DNA from: Chrysomallon squamiferum
Lineage: Eukaryota; Animalia; Mollusca
Assembly (NCBI GenBank): GCA_012295275.1
Contig: CM022665.1
Span: 19,778,001 to 19,842,000 of the forward strand
Length of the DNA: 64,000 nt
Direction: 5' to 3'
Position numbers and translations under genes: made by a program. Numbering within the stretch: position 1 is the stretch's first letter; every line of letters begins with the position of its first letter. Positions 26,968-50,323 of the stretch are shown here, piece by piece. The notes under the pieces were generated by a model. That model was given only the letters and a program-made list of their open reading frames with translations, had not been told where the DNA came from and did no database searches.

Positions 26968-29900
26968 TTACAAGGCCGAGGTTGTGTATAAAGCATCTTC
27001 GTTCAAAATAACGAGAATTGGTTTGTTAGAGTTGCTTCCCCCTTTTAACGTCATTTCCATCTCTAGTCCTGTTACACTGCCTGTGCTACTCGTGGAAGAT
27101 ATATCCATGGTGACAGGAAGTGATGTGACCAAGGTTTCAAATACAGGCACATTTTGACAGTTTTGATAGAAACTTGGTGACGCTTTTTCACTGGACCTAC
27201 TGTCATTGGTTTGTTGTGTACCTGGTGAGCAGTGGTACACATTTCCTGAGCGAGTTGGTCTGAGACAGTAACTCTCCACAGTTCTGAGGGAGGCGGGTGA
27301 CGCCTCGTTACGTACTTTGAACGTTTCATTGCCGTACATTGATCTCTCTGAATACAACACAGATCTTGAAGTTCCGCGTAACTCGGCCAGTTCATCCTTG
27401 GAATAGAAACATCGACATAACGTTCTTTTGAAAGCTCTTCTGAACTTGCGCGACATCAAGTTATAGAGAATCGGGTTGACAGTCGAGTTGAAGAAGTAAA
27501 GAACACCTGGAATAACATTAAAAATAAACTTTACGTATTACACACCTTAATAATAGAGATACGATGAATATAATCGCAAAAATACTTTGTTCTTTAACCA
27601 TATTAAAAGAAGGGAGTTTTCAAAGGTCATGTAAGTATTTCACTGAATCGAGTAACAGTTAAACAAATATAAAATTACATCCTCAGACATCCACAATTAT
27701 ACCCATAACCAAAACGTACGATAATTATATGAAATGTGATTTTGTCAGTTTATTAATCTCACCTGATATATAAAACAGGTAATTCTGAATCTCAATGAGG
27801 CAAGGCATTGCGATGTAGTCTTCCAGTGTTAGGAACGAAGTCATCAGTCGTTGTGCATGAAACGGAGCCCAACACACGAAAAATGCTACAACTACAGCAA
27901 CTGTAAAGTAAAAAATGACTTATAAATGAAATAGATAAAATAATATTGATAATTGAAAACACAGTAATTCGATAAAAAATGATAATTGAAAAAATCATTT
28001 GATTAATATTGATAATTAATAAAGCAGTCATTTAATAAACACAGATAATGGATAAAACAGTCATTTCATAAATAATGATAACTAATAAGAGTGATAACTG
28101 ATAAAACGGTCAGTTAATAAATACTGAAAATAAATCAAACATAACCAGTTAATAAATATTGATAGCTGGTAAGAGTCATTTGATAAATACTGATAATTGG
28201 AGAAAAAACCCCATTCTTTTAATAAGTATTGATAATGGATAAAACAGAGACATATGATGAATACTGATATTGATAAAAAAAAAAAAAAAAAAAAAATAAT
28301 AATAATAATAAAAAAAATAAAAAATAAAAAAAAAAAACGTCATTTGTCCCAGCCAGTGAGAGAACATTATATAATGTACATATGTGCAACACATATCACA
28401 TTTGTGGCAGAAGCCGTTAGAAACTGTAGAAACGGCCTGTATTATTAATAATACTACTAAAATACATCACGTTCAATGGCAAATTAATCAGTTAATTAGA
28501 CATAATTTCATCCATATGTAATGTACCATTCTACAGTCATATAACATCACTTAATTTACTAGTAATTTGGATATTCTACAATACTATAGACACATGTGAC
28601 GTCATGTACTATACTACAGTTAAACATGAAGTCAAGTACCATACTACAGTCAAACATGAAGTCATGTACAATACCACAGTCAAACAGGAAGCAATGTACC
28701 ATGCTACAGTTAAACATAAAGTCATGTACCATACTACAATGAAACATGACGACATATACGATACTACAGAAGTAATGTACCTTATTTCTATCACATAACG
28801 TCATGTACCATATGACTTATTACGTATTAATGTAAAATGTCATGTCACATGACTGTTATATTAACATACCATGTTATCTGCTACGTTAGTCCTGCATCAC
28901 GTCACATGAAAACATGTGAATACCCGTGAGCCTGTAGTGAATGAAATATGTATGAAGTATTCAAACACAGCTACAGGGTAAATATATATGAAGTATTCAT
29001 AACATAGCTACAGAGTAAATATATATAAAGATATTCAAACACAACCTGTACAGTAAATGGAAAGAAAATGATTCAAATATCAGTAAGTAGATAAAAATAA
29101 AATTTTGTACATTCAGCCAAACACATGAAAAGCAATGAGATTTGCTTGGGTTGAGATGGTTTATTTTATCACTATTTTCAAGATTATTATTTTATGCTAG
29201 TGAAAGAAATTAAATTAATTACAGAAATAAAAGTAAACGGTATTTAATTTACGAATTTTATCTCTAAATATTGAAAAAGAAATCCGATTACTTACAGATT
29301 TAAAAGAAAAAGATTTTCTCTCGACCGTATTTCATCAGTTTATCTGAACACTTTTTACTGAATTATAAAATTCTATTCAACTTTTCCGAGAAAAGCAATT
29401 CTTTTTTAAAATATTTATCACTTTTCTTCTGACTGAATTATGGAAGAAAAACTGAGGGAAATCAATCAATATGCTTGAAATGCGTGATGGGACACTGCTT
29501 CACAGTCTTAAAGAAACAAACACATTTTTCTCGTATGTTGTAGTAGCATTTGTGCAACTGGAAGTAAGCGAAAAAAGTAATTTATAAAATGTTTATATTT
29601 AGATATATTGTATTATATTAAAAATCAAAGCCAGACTGATAATTATTTAATTAAAATACTTGTTCTAGCAATCACCAGTGCCAGTGAATAAAAAAAAATC
29701 TGTCTTGGTCTTTTTATAAGAAGACTGCCATCACGCATGCTGATGTAGTACATATAAGCTGACACACTGTATATTATAAATACAGAAACAAACACGTACA
29801 AGTTTAAAGGTGCGAGCACTTGGAAATAAACAAAAGCAGATATCAGCACAGACGTATGTTCGAGTGGCCGCTGGCGTCACTAGTCTTGAACTCTGTACAC

Positions 29901-31158
29901 CCAGCTTATCTCTGACACTAACTGTGACAACAAACAAACAAGAAAGCAACATTAAAACATACGTACAAGATGCTGATCTTCTGACAAAAGTGAATCTTAC
30001 CCAACATGTTAATAACAGCTTTGCTGGCTTTGGTTTTAGCTGTGGTCTGTCCAGGAATCGCTCCAAACTGCGATCTCTTCAGCGACAGACCGATCAGGAT
30101 GTACATTACAGTTATGGTTGCCATGGGAAGCACAAAAAAGACGAAAAAAGAAACCTGAAATACATGTTTCATCCGCGACAGCCACTTATGCGGAATGTTG
30201 CACTGAAGGGAGTCTAGGATGGGGTCCGTTGAATTAGGGTACCTGAGATAGTAAAATATCCGTGTGTGAACGGGGTAGGGCGAGGCGGACAGACACGCTA
30301 CTATCCAGATCGCCAGAACCATTTTGGCCGCTCTGCGAAGATTTGAAAAAGTCTGAGATTTAATTGGATGGCAAATCGCCACATAGCGCTCCACCGTGAA
30401 AGCCGTGATGGTCAGAACAGATGCATATGACGTCATTTCCGACAAGAAGGATTTAAATATACAAAACATTTCTCCTAATCGCCATGGATACGCTTCCCAA
30501 ATACTGTAGAGCTCTGGTGGAAGACCTAGATCGGGGAAAATATATGTAAAACGTTAAACGCTAATATTGAAATGTAAAATGTTAAAATTTAACATTAAAG
30601 CGTAAAATAAATATAAAGTATTTTTAAAATGTTAAGCTCTGACATTAAAATGTAATCTATTTGAAAAATGCTAAACACTGATATTATAATGTAAAATATT
30701 AGTAAAATGTTAAATACTGACAATAAAATGTAAAATATTAAACATTGACATTAACATGTAAATATTTTTAAAATGTTAAACATTAACATTAAAATGTAAA
30801 ATAATTTGTAAAATGTTAAACACTAATGTTAAACTGTAAAATGGTTATAAAACAATGTTAAACATTAACATTACAATGTAATACAAACATATAATAAACA
30901 TTAAAATATAAAAATATAAAAATGTAAAATATTTATAAATCAATGTAAATTTTTGACACTAAAATGTAAAATGTTTTAAGCAGTGTTAATATTGTCAATA
31001 CCGAGCATGACGTCACTTGTAGACTTGTCAGACTGAGTCGATTTAGAGTATTTCCTTCAGACAATTCAGAAAATCAGCTGTTATAAACTAACAATGGGAT
31101 AATGTTTCCAATATGACTACCGCATACAGCAGTATGAACAGTATTTCCGTATCTATAG

Positions 31159-31250
<92 letters not shown>

Positions 31251-33965
31251 GTAAAAAGAGTTCAAATAATGTGTTATCTTTTCCAAAACGTTGAGACAAA
31301 CGTATTAAGTATTTTAATTATAAATCGGCTTCGTTGAGTTATACACTTCAGTCGGACTGCAATTCAGTTCGAAAACAAAAATAAAAATCGTTTAAAAAAA
31401 AAAAAAAAAGGAATTTCCGTCAAATATAGAATTAATTTGTTAAGTTTTCTTGACAGGGTTACTTCGCAAATCAATATTGATCTGGCATGCAGGCAACTGT
31501 GTGCACAAATTGAAGGTTAATCGGTTTTATTAATAAAGTGTCGCACAGTGTTATTTGACTGACATGTCGATTAAAACGAATTCTCATTTAAAGACAGATA
31601 AACCTAAACCCGAAATTCTCACCAGGAATGTGTCTCTGTGAAGACAGTTGTTTACCATTTGCTTCTTCTTCTTCTTATTATTATTATTATTATTGGTATT
31701 ATTCTTATTATTACTGCTACTACTACTATTATTATTACTGCTACTAATACTATTATTATTTTTTATTATTATTTTTACTATTATTATTATTATTAATACT
31801 ACTACTGCTATCATTATTATTATTGTTATCATTATTATCATTATTACTATTATCATCATCATCATCATCATTATTATTATTATTATTTATTGCTTTATAC
31901 ACACAGCTCAGTACTGAACATACAGCTATAAAACCCTTGTACAGTCCAAGTAATTAACTCTATATCAACATCTTACTTCTGAGCACATAGCTTTATATTA
32001 ACTATATATCTAATTTTAGATACCAGATCTGTAACCATTTAAATATAGCTTTAAACCAAATGCTTAGCTGTTTCATATCAGCTATATATCTCTGTTACTA
32101 TTTGTCTACATAGTCACCATACTTTATATATAAATAGATGTTAGGACGATATACGTGCCCACTTATGAAAAGGCGCCGACAAAACGGGACCACGCTATTG
32201 CAAACAGCATAACGAAAAGCATGGGCAAAAAGTTTAATAACAAGTCAGATTAGAAGTCGGGCCTCAGTACATACAAAACTGTCCGACTCGTAGACGATGT
32301 CAGGCGTCTGATGAGGTCACGTGGGAGCCATTCTCTTTAAACTGGGGAATATCTTGCAAAGAATGCAGGCCAAGGCAACATATTGACGTTATTGGTTCCA
32401 AGCACGTTTTGTACGATGTTGTGACCCCCAGTTGAAGAAATGGAAGGTCACTCGGAAGCAGACGTCCTCTCCGACGCACAGGTTTCTCCCCATACCATGA
32501 CACTCCTCCCGCTATATGGTACAACCTTGTAAACGCAACAAGCCGTCGTTCGTTCTCCTGTTCAGCTGCAACCATGCTGACTTCCATCAGCTGGGAACAA
32601 ACAGAACCAGTTTTTATTAGTGAAGACTACCCTCTGCCACGTCAAAGACAACGTTGTTCAGTCAGTTCTCACTGACGATGATTTTGTGTTGTATGTATCC
32701 ACCATGTCGTTTGTAATCCCTAATTTACTGAGTTCTGAGTCGCCTGACACCATCTTGTTTACCAACGCTGTGACGTAACGCATTTGCCTTGTGGATCTTG
32801 ACGATGCACGTGTTTATCATTTTCTGCATACGCTATTTTGGTGTTTGAGATATTTTACACTCAATAAATTTCAAAGCATTTTACATTTTTCAGACATTTC
32901 TGTTTTACTGTGGTAAAATTTCTTTTGGCCGTCGCTATATATTTATAATTTGACTAACCAGCTTTTAATTATTATTACTGTTTTTGTTGTCGTTGTTGTT
33001 GCTGTTGTTGTTATTTTAATGTCTAATTTGAGCGGAACAGTAATTTTCACAAACCTTTTAGTAAACTGTTACTTTCTGATATCAAGACCAAACGATTCGA
33101 ATAAAAAAGTTAATATCGTTCGCAGTTTTGTCCGGCGCGCAAATCTTGCGCAGTCGCATCACGCGTTGTTAGGTTGGCGCGTTTATATATGGCGCGTAAA
33201 TGGTGCACAGCGTAGATAAACCTTGGCATAACAATAAATATAAACAGTTTTGAAAGAGAAACACAACACAGGCTGTTTTGATCTGAAAACTGTGTCTACG
33301 TAATAACACAACAACGGGGTGGTAAAACGCAGATGAAGTAAATTGGATTAATCAGAAATAACTCAGACGTGTCTTTCGTTCCTTTCACGAATATTAGAAA
33401 AAAAAATAAAGTTTAAAAAAAAAGTAAAAATCAATGAGATAATTTAAGTTCACTCGAAGAATACTTGTAAAAGAAAGTTACAGCTCTTGTTCAGTTTTGC
33501 TTGCACTGTTGAATCAAGCTGGAGTACGATTAAATGGAACAGTTTTAATAACTTGAAAATGCAAAATTTTATAACATTAAAAAAAAAAATAATAATAAAA
33601 AATATAAAATAAAATAAAATAAAATAAAGTATTTAGAAACTACCGTCACACTGACAGAAGTATGAACAGTTTTAACAAAGCTATTTTTAACACGTCGTGA
33701 AGTAAAATCATTCGTGCTAATTAGCGTTATCTGATTATCTGAGTTTCCCTGTGATTAGTGCGACATCTTTGTACAACTTCCTCGTACAGTACAAAAACTA
33801 GAAACAAATAAGTGTCATCTGTGTGTGTCATTATGTCAACAGACTTTCACTTCTGTAACTAGAAAATAAATAAATTAAAAAAACACAGAAAAAACGAAGA
33901 GATATAGAGAATGAGAGAAAGTTTAATGATGCTACGGTTTTAAAGTACACACACACATATACAAA

Positions 33966-34000
<35 letters not shown>

Positions 34001-34295
34001 ATTAATACAGAAACACAGAAATAAATAAATACGAATGCACACAGCTACACACACATACACACACGTGCATGCATACATACATACATACACAAACACAAAA
34101 TATATATATACATAAATAAATAGGAACACAGAGCTATACATACATATATATATATATATATATGTATGTATTTATGTATATATACATATATATGTGTGTG
34201 TGTGTGTATTTGTGTATGTATGTATGTTGTATATATATGCATGTATATGTATATATATATATGTATATATGTATGTATTTATGTATATGTATATA

Positions 34296-34326
<31 letters not shown>

Positions 34327-37300
34327 GTGGTGTGTGCATGCAAACATACATAAAATCCCTGTACCCAGATGCATAAACAAAATGAGAGCTAATTAATAAC
34401 AAAACAAGCATGATAATCATTATAGCAACGAAGAAAGTGTTGATATCACAAAACAAAACACAGCAGCAGCTGTTTCATTGATTTGTCGTCTGATGACGCT
34501 GAGATAACTACTGATATTTAGAAGATGAAGTATAACAGTTGATCTCTAGTGGGTAGATAATAATACAAGTTATGATGACTCTTGTGATTAGATGATGATG
34601 ATGATGATGATAATTAGATGACCTTGATGATGATGGTGTTGATGATAATTAAATGGCCTTGATGATGATGATTATTAATCTGATGATGATAACTATGATG
34701 ATGATAATGATGATGATAGAAGTTTAAGACAAGAGACGACTCAGTTAAACGAGACAGTGCAAATATGTGTGATAAAAGATTGTTGATTTTACCAGTTCCC
34801 GTTGGCTTCAATCCATTAAACAGTGACAGACAGAGAAATTCGCTTCATTTATTTACTTCCCCTCTGTAGTGGGCTGAAGACGTTTTGTTACATCAGACAA
34901 GCAACTGGAGAAGTATCCTTCTCAAAATAAGTTAAGGGACACAGGAAACGTGTTGTCTCTTTGTTTATCAGTGACATTTATATATGTCTGTGACTGTCAC
35001 TTGTATCTGCGAATGCCTGTTGTATCTTTGTGAATGTCACTTGTATCTGTTTGTGAATGTCACGTTTATCTCTGTATGTCTGTGAATGTCACTTTTATCT
35101 GTCTGTGTCTGTGAATGTCACTTCTGTCTCTATATCTGTGAATACCACTTCAGTCTCTATGTCTGTGAATGTCACTCCTGTCTCTCTATTTCTGTGAACG
35201 TCACTTCTGTCTCTATTTCTGTGAACGTCATTTCTGTCTCTATGTCTGTGAATATCACTTCTGTCTCTCTATTTCTGTGAACGTCACTTCAGTCTCTATG
35301 TCTGTCAATGTCACTTCTGTCTCTGTCTGTGAATGTCACTTCTGTCTCTATGTCTGTGAATGTCACTTGTGTCTCTGTCTGTGAATGTCACTTCTGTCTC
35401 TGTCTGTGAATGTCACTTCTGTCTCTATGTCTGTGAATGTCACTTGTGTCTCTCTGTCTGTGAATGTCACTTCTGTCTCTATGTCTGTGAATGTCACTTC
35501 TGTCTCTATGTCTGTGAATGTCACTTCTATCTCTATTTCTGTGAACGTCACTTCTGTCTGTATGTCTGTGAATGTCACTTGTGTCTGTATGTCTGTGAAT
35601 GTCACTTCTGTCTCTATGTCTGTGAATGTCAGTTCTGTCTGTATGTCTGTGAATGTCACTTCTGTCTCTATGTGTATGAATGTCACTTCTGTCTCTATGT
35701 CTGCGAATGTCACTTCTGTCTCTATGTCTGTGAATGTCACTTCTGTCTCTATGTCTGTGAACGTCACTTCTGTCTGTATGTCTGTGAATGTCACTTCTGT
35801 CTGTATGTCTGTGAATGTCACTTGTGTCTCTATGTCTGTGAATGTCACTTCTGTCTGTATGTCTGTGAATGTCACTTCTGTCTGTATGTCTGTGAATGTC
35901 GCTTCTGTCTCTCTATTTCTGTGAACGTCACTTCTGTCTGCATGTCTGTGAATGTCACTTCTGTCTGTATGTCTGTGAATGTCACTTCTGTCTCTCTATT
36001 TCTGTGAACGTCACTTCTGTCTGTATGTCTGTGAATGTCACTTCTGTCTCTATGTCTGTGAATGTCACTTCTGTCTCTCTATTTCTGTGAACGTCACTTC
36101 TATCTGTATGTCTGTGAATGTCACTTCTGTCTGTATGTCTGTGAATGTCACTTCTGTCTCTCTATTTCTGTGAACGTCACTTCTGTCTGTATGTACGCTT
36201 CCATTCTGTAATGCACGTCTTTTGTAAGAATGAACACAGATGAAAATACGTCTCATTTCTCACTTTGCTGTTCACCACCAGCTTTACATATTACAATGCT
36301 AGATCTTCAGTTAGGGTACAATAGTGATAGCGGCAAGGTTCAGATATTGCGAACACGATATATGTATTTAATATTAATATTAACTAATAGAAAAGAAGAA
36401 AAAATAGAAAGAAAAAAAAAGATCGTTCAAGCAGCTATATTGATAGTAACGTGTACACTGTAATGCTAAGAATAAGTAAAAATGTATTGATAAACTCCAA
36501 ATAAATAAATAAATATGAAAAGTACCTTAAATAAATAGATATACATAGTTTATAAAAAGCTGAGTGTACAACATTTTAATATTTAGAACTCAACAGTCTG
36601 TTATCAAGTCATTATTCAGCTAATCTACGTTTAGTCAGTTTATCTACATCAAGTCAGCTATCTACGTTAATCTACATTTAATCACTTAATCTACAGTTAA
36701 TATGGTAACCCATTGTTTAATTGCTAAGATAGTTGGTAAATTAACTATTTAGTTAATTTATCAGTTTTCATTAAATCACCTCAGTCAGTTAATGAATGAG
36801 TTAATAAATTAACTAAGTTAATTACTTTTTAATCCATGAGATATTTAACGAATCAGTTATTCAGTTAGTTAATGAATAAACCATTCATTCAGTCAGTTAT
36901 GATTCAGTCATTCACTCAGATAATTATTCACAGTCATTCAGTCAGTCAAGAAATGATTCAATTATTCATTCAGTCATGTAATGATTAATTAACGTAGTCA
37001 GATAATGATTAATTAACTTAGTCAGATAATGAGTAAATTATTCAGTGAGCTAGATAACCAAAGAAATATTAAGTCAGTTAACTAATGATTCGATCAGATG
37101 CAGTCAGATACTGATTCAGTCAGCCAGCTAATGAGTTAATCATTCAGTCAATTAATTAATTATTACGTTAAAGAAGACTTGTACTTACCCAGTAACAAAG
37201 TCAACATGTCGGACACGGCTAAACTGAAAAGGTAGTAGTTGGTGGCGGAGTGTAGGTACGAGTTGCGTCTGATGACGATGCACGTTGACAGGTTGCCTAC

Positions 37301-37477
37301 CATTCCCACAGAGAAGATGAGACTGTACACGAGAGTGAGAATGGTCACTGACACCAAATCTTTCCGTCTTTCGCCCATGTTGCTTTCCAAGTACGCCTCT
37401 TCGTCAAATCGCGTCACATTGTCTGTCCACTCACTCTGATTAAACCAAAAAATCTTCACGTTTTCGTCTGACTTCAT
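26968..37477 (-). CDS. Rhodopsin-class neuropeptide GPCR, neuromedin-U/PRXamide (CAPA/pyrokinin) receptor-like, about 496 aa
   Basis: Exons (minus) 37477-37189, 30525-30001, 27900-27763, 27506-26968 (1491 nt, all phase 1). Motifs: [91 protein letters not shown]. Ser/Thr-rich C-tail ends -TSAL. Confidence 0.93.
28598..28812 (+). repeat. 30-bp minisatellite (catgtaccatactacagtcaaacatgaagt)
   Basis: About 7 copies in GPCR intron 2; explains the small ORFs at 28559-28804. Confidence 0.85.
35020..36190 (+). repeat. 27-bp minisatellite (tgtgaatgtcacttctgtctctatgtc), about 40 copies
   Basis: Stop-free 9-aa periodic ORFs in several frames (ECHFCLYVC / SVNVTSVSM / TEVTFTDIE) in GPCR intron 1. Confidence 0.95.
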
Positions 37478-38479
37478 GATCACTGCATTTAAACAGCATA
37501 TACTGAATTTGTTTTACACATTTAACCAGTTAGAAACGTGCACAGACACCTTACATCCTTGTTCCACGCTGAAAAACAACGGCTAATCACTCCTCTTTCA
37601 AACGACAGCTAAATTCATCTGGCGTGACCATTTCACTGCTGCATTCTGACACAAAGTCTTTAGGGAATACCAATACTTCAATGAATAAACCTACACATAG
37701 CAGCCGAAAATCCTTTAAAGTTGGTTCTTGTGTCAGTTTGCTTTAACTGGGAATATTTCACTGCATGTGACAGTTACATGTGACAGCGGAGATGATTTGT
37801 AAAATTAATAAAAGAGGCGGTGATTTCCTGCTTTAAAATCAATCAAAGACGGTTAACGTACAGAGAGATTAAAACGTCAATGACGATACATGAAGGATCG
37901 CACGCGTTTCTCAGCTTAGATGTTTTTACACAGCTAACTGGGCACGAAACCAGCACGCAGAAAACAACATTGAAGTGAATGTAATAATGATATAAATTGG
38001 AGCTGTACATACGTGTACACAGTGACACATCTGTTTCGAGAAATGCTCTGTTATCGGTAATGATGTTAACTTGAGACATTTCATACTTTTTTTTTTTTTT
38101 TTTTTTTTTCTTTTTGTACAATTAGTTCCTACTTGGAGAAAATTTAGTCGCGTAAAAATGTTTTATTTAATTCCCCATTTTTTGGTTTACTTTTCTTTTT
38201 CTTGCATAACTTTGAAAACTATTTGTTTATTTTTTCTTATTTAGTACAAGAAATGTATCTGACATGGAATAGAAAAACATCAAAATTTCATTTAAATCGT
38301 AATACAGGATAAAATAATAATAATAAAAAAAACCCCAGCAACATAATAATAATAATAATAATAATAATAATAGTAATAGTAATAGCAATAGCAATAATAA
38401 TAATAATAATAATAATAATAGTAATAGCAATATTAATAATAATAATAATAATAAAAATAATAATAATAATAATAGTAAC

Positions 38480-38525
<46 letters not shown>

Positions 38526-39446
38526 GTAATAGCAATAATAATAATAAAAATAATAATAATGAAATATTATTAATTAGGACATTCACTTGGACACTGGTGG
38601 GAAATTACAATGAGAAAGAAAAAAAATTTAACAGAATTTCATTAAAACTGTCTAAATACCAACAAAATCGATGTTATTAGTTAGAATATTACTTTAAAAA
38701 ATATTAACAAAAACAACAAAAAAAAAACCAACAACGAAAAACGAAAAAGGTCATGTTAATGTTATTTTATTAATTAGAATTTTTCTTTACAAAAACATCT
38801 TGCTCATGTTATTTTAAAGATTTAAATGTAATCTCCTTTCCCTGTGGGCCGATACGTCACTGTCAGAATGTTCTTCTTTAAAACATCTGTTTTTAAGAAT
38901 TGAATCAAATAACAAACGGTCGTAGTAGCTGCAGCATTAACATTAGTGTTCTTAGTAGCAGTAGAAGTTTTGATAATATATGTGTGTATGTTGTACGTAC
39001 CTATATGTATATATGTACGTGTATATATATTTTGGTATTTATGCATATATATATGTGTGTGTGTGTGTGTGTCTATACGTACTGTATGTAAATATGTATA
39101 TGTAGCAGCCGTGGTAGTGGCAGCATTAATAATAGCAGTACTTAGGATAGTAGTATTATTAGCAGTAGTAGAAGTAAAAATAGGAGCAACGTTATTAGTA
39201 GCTGTAGTAGTAGCAGTAGTAATAGTAATAGTAATGGTGGTGGTAATGATGATGACATAACTGTAGTAATGTGGTAACAATAAAAACAAAAGAAAAATAT
39301 TTCATTACATATTTCTAAATATTAGCACAATTTTCTACATATAATCTGTAGACAGTTACATTGTGATGTATACGTTTAGTTTTATAACAGAACATTAAGA
39401 TAATATCAACAATAACAATAATAACAATAATAATAATAATAATAAT

Positions 39447-39500
<54 letters not shown>

Positions 39501-39690
39501 GTAAACATCTTAACAGAAAAAAAAGAAGAAAAAAAAAGAGCACTGTTAGGATTATCGGATCATTTTAATCCTGTAAATGATATCCTGACTGTTAATCGTG
39601 TGAAAATGAAGTACATTTTTTATTTCCTTCATTAGACAGGAAACATTGTTTAAATTACAACTGTTGTTTATTCAAGGGGCACACACTAGT

Positions 39691-46949
<7,259 letters not shown>

Positions 46950-47010
46950 AACACATTCTTTAACACAGTGACAAACAGTGACAGACCTTAATCTAAACAA
47001 TATAAATGAA

Positions 47011-47067
<57 letters not shown>

Positions 47068-47519
47068 GCACATACACACACACACACACACATACACAGG
47101 TGTCAATATTGATAACGTCTACTTATTTTGTATTTTGTTCATTTTTACTTGGTTATTGCATGTTAACATGAAGTGTAGATTTTTAGCTCTGAGTATGTCA
47201 GTGATTCATTGATCTGCCATTGCTTACCTTCGCCATTTAAACATAAAACTTTTTAAATTTCTTATAAAGAAATATAAACATTAGCAACTCAGTCATGTTT
47301 TCTTCTTCTTCTTATGATGTTGATAATTTGATATATAATTTGTTTTACAAGAAAATGTATTTCTTTGTTTTGCTTACTTTGTTTCTCTGTGTGTGTGACA
47401 GACATGTTTGTGTCAGTGGCGTTTTGTTTTATAAACAAATGTGACACAAAATAAATTACATATCTCACACAATATTTTGTCGCTGTTGTTGTTAATAATT
47501 AATTAATTTTATGTAATGT

Positions 47520-48100
47520 CGTAATAATATCAGATATATTTGATATAAATATCTAAAATTTCTTAGTAATTTCAGATATGTTTCATTTAAATACCTTTAA
47601 TCTCGGAATAATATCAGACATGTTTTATGTAAATATTTCTAACTTCTTAGTAATTTCAGATATTGTTTAGGTAAAAACCTCTAATTTCTTAGTAACATGA
47701 CATATGTTTATGTAAAACCTCTAATCTAGGTAACATCAGACATGTTTTATATAAAAAACACATTTAGTTTCTAAGTAATATCAGATTTTTTATGTAAAAC
47801 CTTTAATCTAAGCGATATCAGACAATTTATGTAAGAACATTTAATATCTAAGTAATATTTGATATTTTTTATGTAAAAATCTATAATCTCTAAGTAACAT
47901 CAGATATATTTATATAAACATCTCTAATCTGTTAGTAATATCAGACATGTTTTGTGTAATCTCTAATATTATCTGGTATGCTTTGTGTAATCCCTTAGTA
48001 ATAAAATGTATGTTTTATGTAGAAACATTCAATCTTTCACTAATTTAGTTTTTGTTTTATTTCAAAAATCTTTAATCGCCTAGTAATATCAGATATGTAA
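47520..48100 (+). repeat. Degenerate ~38-bp minisatellite between the two receptor paralogs
   Basis: Recurring (ct)aatctctaagtaatatcagatatgttttatgtaaa. Confidence 0.75.
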
Positions 48101-48534
48101 TCTCATGGTTTCGTCGGAGATGTTTTTCTCTTGGTACAAACGATCAAACATCTAAGTACTGTTAAGTTTATTTTTCTTGGGGTTCAAACCTATCAATCAG
48201 TGTAATGTACATGATTGATTTGGCCGTTCAAATACATGTTCAAATTTGAATACGCACATCACCTACGTCAGTGTGCGTATCCAATCAACCATGACGTCCT
48301 ACTGAAGAAAAAAAAACCCTCTTCAAATTATTTCCCTTAGCGTACATGTTTATCTACCTGCTGCGTGTTAGGTCGTTTGTAAATGCTGTGTTATTCGGAG
48401 ACAGAATTCCTCTGGGAAGAAAAGGGATTGAATGCGACCCACCTACCTCCGTCAGAGCATTTCAATATTAGACATGTAGACTTCTGTGTCCAGTAGTCAG
48501 CCGCACTGTGTTGTAGAAAACTGTGTCTGATAAG

Positions 48535-50287
48535 ATGACTTGTCATCCAATTGTTTTTATTCTGTTCTCAACGTGTTTCTGTTTTACCCTTGCAGGTAAG
48601 TTTAACATTTGTTTAAACATAAAATATCCAGTAGATGTTAATATCTGTTTACTTTATAAAATATCCAATAGATGTTGATATTTATTTACTTTATAAAATT
48701 CAGGTAGATGTTAATATCTATTTACTTTATAAACTGCAAAATCCTATGTCGTGTTGAAGTTTCTTATAACTGTTAATAATTTTGTACAACTATCTATTTT
48801 TTTAATATTAAGTAACGTATTTATTTATTTTTTAAATATAACAGACAGTGTTTTTAATATTATATTGTTATTACAACATAGAAACATTTAGTTACATAAT
48901 TTAAATATGCAACTTAATATAAATTTATTAAAGTATATTCATGTTAAGACAGTCATAAAATTTCTGACGTACATTAATGATTCTGATATATATCAAGAAA
49001 TAAAAAGTCCTTTCTCTAAAGTACAGAAGTAATTGTAATTAAAGAAGTAAAACTAAATATTAACTATAATTACTTAAAATGCACCGGCTTTCTAAAATGT
49101 GATCGACTTTGATTGATAACTAACACCTGACTGAACTATTTACCTACTCGTTATTAATTATCTGCGTGCATTTTAAAGACAATATTTTCTACACGCCTAC
49201 TCGTTACAAACAAGACGTATGACACACCAATGTGCAGTGACGCTGTGTCTTCAAGGTACACTGTGAGATAACAGAGGAAATAAAGTGTTAGCATTGTAAC
49301 GTTTCAGTGACATCAAACGCTATCCAGCAATCAGACGTGTGTCACAACGGATGCAACCAAGACAACCACTCACTTCAGTGTAAACGGAAAGAGAGGCTCG
49401 CTGTGGACAAAGCTTACTACGGCTACAAAGCCATCAAGGGTTGTCCGCTCTCCTGGGACTGCAGCAACAGCACTTCGGGTTCAGATGGTCCGTGTTGTCA
49501 GGTGAATGAGGACGAGGACTGCAGACGTCCTTTCCGCCACGACATCCTCCAGCAGGTCCTCGAAGAGTGCACTGGAAAAACCAAATGTTCATTTCCCACT
49601 GACAGGTGGAATGAGTCGTGTTCGTCAACCACTGGAGACGTCGCCAGCTACTCACACGTCAACTACCGCTGCGTCAAAGGTAGGAGTTATTTTATTTATT
49701 ACTGAAATAGTTAGGTGTAATGTCCATTATCACTGTCCTAGGAAGAGGTCATATTAGCTATCACTGTTATAGGTAAATGTCATATTACTTATTGCTGTCA
49801 GAGATAGATGTTATGTTACTTGTTACGCTCATCGTCATATCAATTATTTCTATCATAACTAGATACCACATAAGTTATTACTGTCAGAGGAGACGACATA
49901 TCAGTTATCACTGTCATATTAGTTATCATTGTGTCACAGAATATGTCATATCAGTTATTACTGTCATGTCACTTAACAGTGTGTCATAGACATACGTTAT
50001 ATTCTGTATCACAGAACATGTCATATGCGTTATCACTGTATGATGTCATATCAGTATCACTGATACAGGTGGGACTGGTTTAATGGATGAACGGATGGGT
50101 GTCTGTGTATTTAGGAATGAATATCCTTATTAGACTGTAAATAGGCGTTATTCGGGAAGATAATGGCACAAGAGGATAAAATGTCAAAATAAATTTAACT
50201 TTAAAATAATTTATTTATTTATTTATTTATTGTTTTGGCAATCAAACGCAAACACGACTCCTTTATCTATGAGTTCGAGGCGAAAAC

Positions 50288-50323
<36 letters not shown>

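Noticed and set aside
35086-36256. Long Cys/His-rich ORFs (CECHFCLYV)n resembling metallothionein or zinc-finger proteins
   Set aside because: Translation of a 27-bp minisatellite that is open in several frames on both strands; intronic, with no splice or start context.
38227-38586. Poly-Leu/Ile 'membrane protein' ORFs here and at 6643, 8661, 31648 and 56631
   Set aside because: Translations of (AAT)n microsatellites.
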